Shown piece by piece: positions 51,388-60,855 of a stretch of DNA of 64,000 bases. A program made the position numbers and the translations under genes. The DNA lies in the NCBI GenBank assembly GCA_002269645.1, contig NIVC01001037.1, positions 62,001 through 126,000 of the forward strand, read 5' to 3'. The stretch is from Macrostomum lignano. Taxonomy: Eukaryota. Below the pieces are notes generated by a model that was given only the letters and a program-made list of their open reading frames with translations, was not told the origin of the DNA and searched no databases. Every line of letters starts with the position of its first letter. Position 1 is the first letter of the stretch.

Positions 51388-54300
51388 GCCTGTCTGTCCC
51401 TCTGTCTTAGTGTCTTGGTGCCGTACTGTCTGTCTGTTGGTGTGTCTTTAAATGCAAACCATCAAACATCCAGAAGCAGCCAATCAATCACCTGCGACTC
51501 CCTGCTGAAGTGCTGGGTCAGCTGCCTGAGCACGGCGGTACTGTACGGCAGCGGCACCCGGTGGCGAAAGGCGTCGATGCGCACCGGCCGTGGCAGGCTG
51601 CGCTCGTTCTCGGGCTCGGATTTGCGAACCTGCGGTAAGCGGCAGATTATAATGAGCGAGTGTACTACTGCCGCTTGGCGGATGTAGTAGTATGCGAGGG
51701 ACATGAAAAATGCAGTATACAGTGAAACAGTGAATTTTTGGCGGGGTTGATCAGAGATTATTGGGTAGGGTTGTTGAGTAGACTATTTGATAGGGTTGAG
51801 TAGACTGTTGGGTAGGATTGGGTAGATTATTGGCTGGGGTTGGGTAGACTACTGGATAGGGTTGGGTAGACTGTTGGGTAGGGTTGAGTAGACTGTTGGG
51901 TAGGGTTGAGTAGACTGTTGGGTAGGGTTGGGTAGACTATTAGGTGGGGTTGGGTAGACAATTGGGTGGGGTTGGGTAGACTGTTGGGTAGGTTTGGGTA
52001 GACTATTGGGTGGGGTTGGGTAGACAATTGGGTGGGGTTGGGTAGACTATTGGGTGGGGTTGGGTAGACTATTGGGTGGGGTTGGGTAGACTATTGGGTG
52101 GGGTTGGGTAGACTATTGGGTGGGGTTGGGTAGACTATTGGGTGGGGTTGGGTAGACTATTGGGTGGGGTTGGGTAGACGATCAGGTGGGGTTGGGTAGA
52201 CTATTGGATGGGGTTGGGTAGACGATTGGGTGGGGTTGGGTAGACTATTGGGTGGGGTTGGGTAGACTGTTGGGTAGGTTTGGGTAGACTATTGGGTGGG
52301 GTTGGGTAGACTATTGGGTGGGGTTGGGTAGACGATCAGGTAGGTTTGGGTAGACTATTGGGTGGGGTTGGGTAGACGATTGGGTGGGGTTGGGTAGACT
52401 ATTGGGTGGGGTTGGGTAGACTGTTGGGTAGGTTTGGGTAGACTATTGGGTGGGGTTGGGTAGACTATTGGGTGGGGTTGGGTAGACGATTGGGTGGGGT
52501 TAGGTAGACCCACCAGGGTGATGGCGCCGGCTTTGTTGCTACCCGGAACCGGCTGAGTGAACTTCAGGCAATCTCGCACGGTGTCTCTCGGTATGCCCAG
52601 ATGAACGCTAAGCAGATGCCGTTTAAAATCGCCCAGGCCGTAGGGAAAGGCCCGCTTGCATTCCGGGCACTCCGGGATGCGGCGCTGGTTCTCGCGGCCC
52701 AGGATTTTCACTCGATAGCCGCAGAACAGCTTCATCTTGGCGATGAGGGTCTCCGTGGCGGCCGTAGCCGGCCTGGCGGCCCTGTAGGCCTCCTCGTGGA
52801 ACGGGAAACTCACGTACTCGGTGGTTTCGCTGGACACGTCTAGACGGGGCACTTTTGTACCGTCGGCTGTTGCTGGACCGGCTGCGGCGGCATTGGCGGC
52901 GGCTGGTGACGCAGAGATGAGGGAGGCGAGCGCTGAGCTGGGCTGCTCATCCAGTGGCCGCTTCCGAACCAGCTGCAGGAGCTGCTGCTGCTGCTGAGGC
53001 TGCGGCTGTGGCGGCGGTGGCGGCGGCGGCGGCAGCTCCTCAACGAGCGTCTTGGCCAGCATTACGCGAGAAGTGCGAATGTCTTCTTGGAGCAGAGTGG
53101 CCTGAAATAAAAGTTGAAATTTGAAACTTTCCACTGAGGATCAGGGGAGGATTCCACTGAGGATCAGGGGTGGATTTCACTGAGGATCAGGGGTGGATTT
53201 CACTGAGGATCAGGGGAGGATTCCACTGAGAATCTCGGGAGCGGATTCCACTGAAGATCAGGGGAGGATTCCACTGATGATCAGGGGCGGATTCCACTGA
53301 TGATCAGGGGCGGATTCCACTGAGGATCAGGGGAGGATTCCACTGATGATCAGGGGCGGATTCCACTGATGATCAGGGGCGGATTCCACTGAAGATCAGG
53401 GGAGGATTCCACTGAGGATCAGAGGCGGATTCCACTGAGAATCTCGGGAGCGGATTCCATTGAAGATCAGGGGCGGATTCCACTGATGATCAGGGGCGGA
53501 TTCCCAGTTATAACCCGAGTTGGCAGTGCAGCAGAGGACAATAAAATGAGTCGAAGACTCCAGCCCGAAGAAAGGGTTGCGCCACTGAATTTCCCCGCAA
53601 GCCTCGCTGCCCTGTGAAGAATTCAACGAGTCGTTCGCGGGCACGATGACGTCACAATGAATGACGTCATTCTAATCGAAATGAAGCCCCCAGAAAGCCC
53701 AAGAGGACCGGACAATGATAGAATGAACTCTGGCACAATTGCCCAACAACAAGCCTGCGCAACACTCGACCCTGTTCCACACAACCCCTGCCTCTCTTCC
53801 TGTCGAGTCGAGCCAAATGCAGACGAGACCCGGTCGATGCGGACCGGACAGTCAGTGCAACTCAGTACCACTCACCCACACTGACCGGCCAGTCATTCAG
53901 CGCGGTATCTCCCTCCCTCTCTCCCTCTATAGGGGAGCATTCTGTTCATCCAGACCCGGCCATCTGCGCGGTCCTTCGACAAGCAAGCAGCGGCCGCCCA
54001 AGGCCCCGGCAGTGTTCCACGCCAGCCATGGAGCTTCATCCGTTTTGCCTGCCTTTCCCGCCAACCCCTAGCGCGGCCGGGTTCCTCCCCCACCCACACC
54101 ACAGGCCTTCACTGCAGTCAAGGCCCGGCCGCTGTCGCGCTGCAATCATCCGCTGTGCTTCCTCTCCTCTCTCTCTCTCTTTCTCTCACTGCAGACAGAC
54201 TCCTGGAGAGCCTGGAGCTTCAACCGCCGGCCTGCGTCCGTCGGGACGGGGTGAGGATGGAGGAAAGAGAGACGACCGGGGGGCCCCAAGGACGAATGCA

Positions 54301-56560
54301 GCCCCGACAGTGAAGGGGCAGGCAGGCGGGCAGGCAGAGACGGGCAGGGCCGCTGCGTGTGGAAATGGAAGAGAGGAGAGGAGAGATGGAGGCACTGAAG
54401 GCAGGCAGGCCGGGGGACCCCGCCCGATTCAGGGCTGCCTCGGCGTTGGAGAGGCAGGCAAGCAGGCAGGCAGGCGGGGCTTTGAGGTGAAAAAGGAGGC
54501 TCTGCCCGATACAGCCAGCCAGAGCCCACAGCCGAAGCCACAGCAGGCGCGGTCGTGACGCTGACTGGGGGGGGGGGGCCGCGGCAAGGCCAAATGAGGC
54601 AGGCCTCTGGACCTTGGCGGCTGGGCGGGGGCAGAGAAGCAGAAGAGAGACCGAGGAGGAGAAAGAGGAGCCGGGGGGCGGGTAGGAGGCGGACAGGCAG
54701 GAGCTGAGCTGACTCACTCGATCTCGGCATTCAAACAGACAGCGCAGCGCAGGCAGGAGATGCAGCGAGAATGCGAATAGACAGGCGGGCGCACAGGAAG
54801 CAGCAGCAGGTGCAAAGACTGTTGATGCCGCAGATGCTTTTCCGCCAGCCCTCAGCTTCTATCGCTGAATCTTGCCTTTCCCATTCTGTCTGGATCGTCT
54901 CTGATTGCGCCCCGGCGACGCAGCTGCGAAATCTCGCCAAGAGAAGAAGAAAATGAATTAAGAATTTTCCAGAAATTTCTGTCATCGTGGCCGGTGCAAA
55001 AGAAACCGCGCCCCAAAAGAAATCGAAGAGGCGAGACCCGCGAGCGAGGGCCACAGGCCCGCCCGCGGCACACAGGAAGGGGAGCGGGGAGGTGGGGAAA
55101 CGCACGCGCAGGGCACAGGCTAGTGGAAAGGCCTGAACAGAGGAAATGGAAGTCAAGCCCCGTCCAGCTTAGAAGGGTGTCGCTAAAGGAGGTCATAAAT
55201 GCACAACCGCCCGAGTTGAACTGAGTTGAATGCTCTGGCTTCCTTCAATGCGTCTGAGTTTCCACTCTCACGGTGGGCGCCAAATGTTGAGCTGGAGCAC
55301 AACTCACGCAATGTGTACATAGAGAGAGCAGCCACACACAGTTATAGCATTGCTGAAATCATTCAGCGCATTTCTACTTTCCACCTTCGCTACAAGCGTA
55401 TGCCGCGCAGACAGTCACACACACGCACGCACAGACTGTCAAGCGGCTGACAATCCGGCCCAGCAGACACTGACGGGGTAAGAAAGGCAGGCAGGCGGCC
55501 AGTCCAATGCGCGAGTGCGTACACAACGCGACAGCCACGCAGCGCCCGGCCAGCAGTGACACAGCCCAGCCTGCTAGAATTTAGGTGGGGTGGCGGCAGC
55601 GGCTGGAGGACCCGCGCGAGGCCCGCCTAAGCTTCTAGTCTCTCTCCACTGCCTGTCGCCCTCTCTCACTCGGGGGTCCGCAACCTCCCCGATTCTCTCT
55701 CGCTGAGCGGCGCAGTTGCAGGCTGCAGCCAGCGGCTGGGGAGAGGAGGTCGCTGCAATCTCTCGATGCGGTCCCGGCCTCTGGGAAACAGTGTGAGAGA
55801 GGCAGAGAAGCTCTCTCTGTCAGGCAGGCCGCACGCAGCAGCGCGGGTGTTCTCTCTCTCTCTCTCTCTCAGCCTGCCTCTCCTCTCCGTGGCTCGGCCC
55901 CCGGGGCAGTCCAGACCGCGGGGCTTCCGCTCCCGCGTTCCACCTCAACACAGCGGCAGGTTGCAAAATCTGGGCCAAGGCCGCTGATTGCCTCTCCGAC
56001 CTCCGTCACCTCCGTCACCTCCGTCACCCCCCTCCGCCGTCTCCTCCGCCGCGGCGCTCTCTCGACCCGACCGTCGTTGGTCAGTCAGCAAGCAATGGTT
56101 CCGCTGTAACCTTCCGCCTACTTCAAGTTAAGCCTTGCCTAGGTAAAGCCTGAAGACACTGTTATAATCCGCATTAGGGGTCGGCTCGACTGACTTATGC
56201 CAGGTTGCCAGGTTACTAGCGGGCGGCCAGACTGCACAGATTCTATAGCTAGAGCTAGAAGGCCAAGGCAATGGGTGACTTGGACTGCGACTGACTGCTG
56301 AGCTTCATTCTCTCTCAAGCGATCGAGCGGGCAGGAGGCCCACCGCCGCCACCGCCGCTGCCGCCGTGGCACGCGCGCACACAGAGAGAATTCTCTCTGT
56401 CTCGCTCTCTCTTGAATTCCTTCCTTCTCTCTTCTCTCTGCCTGCCCGCCTGCCTCTTCGTCGGTCGCGTCAGCCAGCCAGCCAGCCAAGGCGGGCGGGC
56501 ACGGCAGCTTTGAGAGTCCCCGAGGCCAAGAAGAGCCTCGAAGCGTAGCAATATAGAAAT

Positions 56561-56594
<34 letters not shown>

Positions 56595-59500
56595 GCGCAG
56601 CACACGCGAGCGGGCAGTCGCCGCCCCACCCCAACCGCCTCCCTTCAGCCAGCTCGATCTTCTTTCTTTCGAGGCCTTGCCTGGCCCGCCTGCCCGACAG
56701 ACGAAGCCTCCCCGAGGCAGCCAAGGCAGCCAGCAGTCGGGGCAAAGGCACACAAGCGCAGATAAACTCGGCGGCCCACCTCAATCAAGCTGCACACACA
56801 CACACACACACTGCGCGACATGCCTCTTCAACAACAGAGTGCTGCACTGGTCGAGCAGTCAGTTAACCTGCCTGCCGCCCGCTTTAGCCAGCAGCAGCAG
56901 CAGGTCTAAAATTAAATGACCACTTAGTTACTAGTTGGTGAATTGATATGATCGAATATTGCCTGATTTTCATGCTCTATATATAGGTTAATATGCAGGT
57001 GTGTTTGAGCACTGCTTTGAGACCACTGCTGATGACAGGGCAGGGCCTCCGCTAAACTCGAGAGTTCCAGTGCCCGATGAAGGCAGATAGGTGGCCAATA
57101 ATGACGATATTAAATTTGGAGATTAATATGATGTACTGGCTGTGCATAATAAGAATAATTCCTTTACATACCGAAAGCGAATTGCCCTCTCATTGGGACT
57201 CGTCACCAACAGTCGTGAGAATCGCCCTTAATAGCCTTAAGAATCGCCTCCCACCTCCAGGACAGCCTTTAGAATCGGCCCACTCAGGACAGCCTTGAGA
57301 AGCGCCCCACTCAGGACAGCCTTGAGAAGCGCCCCACTCAGGACAGCCTTGAGAAGCGCCCCACTCAGGACAGCCTTGAGAAGCGCCCCACTCAGGACAG
57401 CCTTGAGAAGCGCCCCACTCAGGACAGCCTTGAGAAGCGCCCCACTTCAGGACAGCCTTGAGAAGCGCCCCACTCAGGACAGCCTTGAGAAGCGCCCCAC
57501 TCAGGACAGCCTTGAGAATCGCCCCCCTCCAGTACAGCCTTGAGAATCGCCCCCAGTACAGCTTTAAGAATCGCCCCCCCCCCAGTAAAGCTTGAGAATC
57601 GCTCTATTCCCCTCAGGACAGCCTTGAGAATCGCCCCACTCAGGACAGCCTTAAGAATCGCCCTCAACAGCCTTGAATCACGCCATGACTGCCAGACACT
57701 GAGCTAATTAGCATACCGTAAGCAAATGAAAGCTCATCTCACCTCGGGACTGTCAGGATGCGCAGACGCAATGTGCTCCAGAATCAATGCAGCATCCGTG
57801 GCCGCGGCGCCGCACTCTGAGCAGTGGCACAGTGTATAAGCAACAACGCTGGCTCCAGCCTCCCCAGCATCATCAGATTGCCTAGCGAAGCCACTGCCAC
57901 GACAGTCGGAGCAGAGATGCCGCAGGAATTTGCCCCAATCCACGGTGGCGAACTGGCAGGCCGGGCAGCGCAGGCCGAACACGGGCGGTCCGGCGGGTTT
58001 CTCCGGATCGGCGGCATCGGATTTGACAGTCAGACTGGCTGACGGCGGGTCGGCGAGAGGCGGCAGGCTCAGATAAGACACTGGCCGGGCAGCGCACGCC
58101 AGGTAGTCAATGCTGGCTATGGCCGTGGCCGGCTGGCTCGGGTGCCGCTTGGCCAGATGGCGCTGCACTGCCAGCTTGCTGGCGCTCTTCACCAGACAGC
58201 CGGGCACCTCGCAATGGTACAGCGGCCGGACGCTCTCCTCCAGGTGGGCTGGGCGAAGTAATCAGGCATGTACTTTTAGATGGAATCGGGGCTATCGGTA
58301 TAGAGAATATGATTGATTGTGCTCGACTCTTAGGCTTAAAGATTAGGGGTGATTCTCAGTGCTTGAGACTAGGGGTGATTCTCAGTGCTTGAGATTCTCA
58401 GGGCGATTCTCAGTGCTTGAGACTAGGGGTGATTCTCAGTGCTTGAGACTAGGGGTGATTCTCAGTGCTTGAGACTAGGGGCGATTCTCAGTGCTTGAGA
58501 CTAGGGGTGATTCTCAGAGTGCTTGAGACTAGGGGTGATTCTCAGTGCTTGAGATTCTCAGGGCGATTCTCAGTGCTTGAGACTAGGGGTGATTCTCAGT
58601 GCTTGAGACTAGGGGTGATTCTCAGTGCTTGAGACTAGGGGCGATTCTCAGTGCTTGAGACTAGCGGTGATTCTCAGAGTGCTTGAGACTAGGGGTGATT
58701 CTCAGTGCTTGAGACTAGGGGAGATTCTCGGTGCTTGAGACTAGGGGCGATTCTCAGTGCTTGAGACTAGGGGTGATTTTCAGTGCTTGAGACTAGGGGT
58801 GATTCTCAGTGCTTGAGACTAGGGGTGATTCTCAGTGCTTGAGACTAGGGGTGATTCTCAGTGCTTGAGACTAGGGGTGATTCTCAGTGCTTGAGACTAG
58901 GGGAGATTCTCAGTGCTTGAGATTGGGAACGATTCTTAATGCTTGAGATTCTCAGGGTGATTCTCAGTGCTTGAGATTAGAGGCGATATCAAAGGTAGAG
59001 AATAGGGGCGATACTCAAAGGTAGAGAATAGGGGCGATTCTCAAAGGTAGAGAATAGGGGCGATACTCAAAGGTAGAGAATAGGGGCGATTCTCAAAGGT
59101 AGAGAATAGGGGCGATTCTCAAAGGTAGAGATTAGGGGCGATTATCAAAGGTAGAGAATAGGGGCGATATCAAAGGTAGATAATAGGGGCGATACTCAAA
59201 GGTAGAGAATAGGGGCGATACTCAAAGGTAGAGAATAGGGGCGATTCTCAAAGGTAGAGAATAGGGGCGATTCTCAAAGGTAGATAATAGGGACGATTCT
59301 CAAAGGTAGAGAATAGGGGCGATTCTCAAAGGTAGAGAATAGGGGCGATACTCAAAGGTAGAGAATAGGGGCGATTCTCAAAGGTAGAGAATAGGGGCGA
59401 TTCTCAAAGGTAGAGATTAGGGGCGATATCAAAGGTAGATAATAGGGGCGATATTCAAAGGTAGAGAATAGGGGCGATACTCAAAGGTAGAGAATAGGGG

Positions 59501-60855
59501 CGATACTCAAAGGTAGAGAATAGGGGCGATTCTCAAAGGTAGAGAATAGGGGCGATATCAAAGGTAGATAATAGGGGCGATACTCAAAGGTAGAGAATAG
59601 GGGCGATTCTCAAAGGTAGAGAATAGGGGCGATATCAAAGGTAGATAATAGGGGCGATACTCAAAGGTAGAGAATAGGGGCGATACTCAAAGGTAGAGAA
59701 TAGGGGCGATTCTCAAAGGTAGAGAATAGGGGCGATACTCAAAGGTAGAGAATAGGGGCGATTCTCAAAGGTAGAGAATAGGGGCGATTCTCAAAGGTAG
59801 AGATTAGGGGCGATATCAAAGGTAGATAATAGGGGCGATATTCAAAGGTAGAGAATAGGGGCGATACTCAAAGGTAGAGAATAGGGGCGATACTCAAAGG
59901 TAGAGAATAGGGGCGATTCTCAAAGGTAGAGAATAGGGGCGATATCAAAGGTAGATAATAGGGGCGATACTCAAAGGTAGAGAATAGGGGCGATTCTCAA
60001 AGGTAGAGAATAGGGGCGATACTCAAAGGTAGAGAATAGGGACGATTCTCAAAGGTAGAGAATAGGGGCGATTCTCAAAGGTAGAGAATAGGGGCGATTC
60101 TCAAAGGTAGATAATAGGGACGATACTCAAAGGTAGATAATAGGGACGATTCTCAAAGGTAGATAATAGGGACGATTCTCAAAGGTAGATAATAGGGACG
60201 ATTCTCAAAGGTAGATAATAGGGGCGATTCTCAAAGGTAGATAATAGGGACGATACTCAAAGGTAGATAATAGGGACGATTCTCAAAGGTAGATAATAGG
60301 GACGATACTCAAAGGTAGATAATAGGGACGATTCTCAAAGGTAGATAATAGGGGCGAACCAGTTGATTTCCAGAGCATCAGAGGCCAAGCCCAGTGCAGG
60401 CCAGTGCTGGCAAGACGAGGCTCACCTGCAAGTTGCACGGCGCTGCCGAACACCTGGCCGCAGCAGCCGCAGGCGCAGTCCTCCATCCGGCCGCTGTGCA
60501 GCCCGTGGCAATGATCGAGAAAGGCGGTCTTGTCCTCCAGATAGGCTGAGCAGTGAGGACACGGGTACAGGTCCTGGGCGGTGGCTGCGGAGAAGTGACG
60601 CAGCTGGTGCTCGCCAATGTCAGCAGCGGGAACCTGGGTGAGGCAGTAGGGACACACGGACTCGACAGCGTTGTGCTCTGCGGCTGCGTGCTTGCCTAGC
60701 TGGCTGGGGTCCCAGGTTGAGTAAGCCAGGCAGAAGCCGCAGACACAGCAGGCGCTGGCAGACTCGAGTCGGTGCGCCAGCTGCTCATATTTGGCGTGCT
60801 GCGAGTCCTTGTCGAGCAGGGCGGCCCGCTGCTTGCGGAGCTTTGACACTGTCAG
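44973..60855 (-). CDS. Large multi-C2H2 zinc-finger protein (at least 1652 aa, about 15 fingers, 5' exon not found). Exons 60426-60855, 57743-58248, 52514-53101, 51492-51629, 50511-51059, 49369-49996, 48054-48316, 47042-47521, 44973-46349
   Basis: Nine exons joined by GT-AG introns give one open frame (phases 1,0,0,0,0,1,0,0). Many CxxC..HxxxxH motifs, an acidic D/E tract and an RKRPR NLS-like motif in the last exon. The first exon found has an acceptor (ccatcatccag|CTG) and no start ATG. Confidence 0.85.
46362..46965. repeat. 23-bp minisatellite (GTAGATTTAGGGTSGATTCTCRG), last ZnF intron
   Basis: Tandem array containing TTAGGG. Confidence 0.94.
47575..48000. repeat. 39-bp minisatellite (GGATCAGGGACTGTCGGTGGGTCAGGATAGGTCAGTGTT), ZnF intron
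   Basis: Tandem array. Confidence 0.93.
48345..49278. repeat. 28-bp minisatellite (CCAGCAACTGRGGATCTGGGAGGCTGGC), about 33 copies, ZnF intron
   Basis: Tandem array. Confidence 0.96.
50045..50395. repeat. 20-bp minisatellite (TTCAGTCTGGCACTCTCAGA), ZnF intron
   Basis: Tandem array. Confidence 0.95.
51110..51440. repeat. (GTCT)n microsatellite, ZnF intron
   Basis: Interrupted tetramer run. Confidence 0.95.
51760..52508. repeat. 22-bp G-rich minisatellite (GGGTAGACTATTGGGTGGGGTT), ZnF intron
   Basis: Tandem array with three G-runs per unit. Confidence 0.95.
53135..53505. repeat. 23-bp minisatellite (CCACTGAKGATCAGGGGCGGATT), ZnF intron
   Basis: Tandem array. Confidence 0.94.
57225..57675. 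repeat. 27-bp minisatellite (CCACTCAGGACAGCCTTGAGAAKCGCC), ZnF intron
   Basis: Tandem array. Confidence 0.94.
58335..60356. repeat. Two abutting homologous 26-bp arrays: CTCAGTGCTTGAGACTAGGGGTGATT (to ~58980) and CTCAAAGGTAGAGAATAGGGGCGATT (to 60356)
   Basis: Same period and same frame, diverged in the middle of the unit. Confidence 0.97.

Noticed and set aside
54028-56919. Several 100-200-aa ORFs on both strands in the GC-rich intron island
   Set aside because: No domain features, overlapping frames and low-complexity composition; explained by high GC
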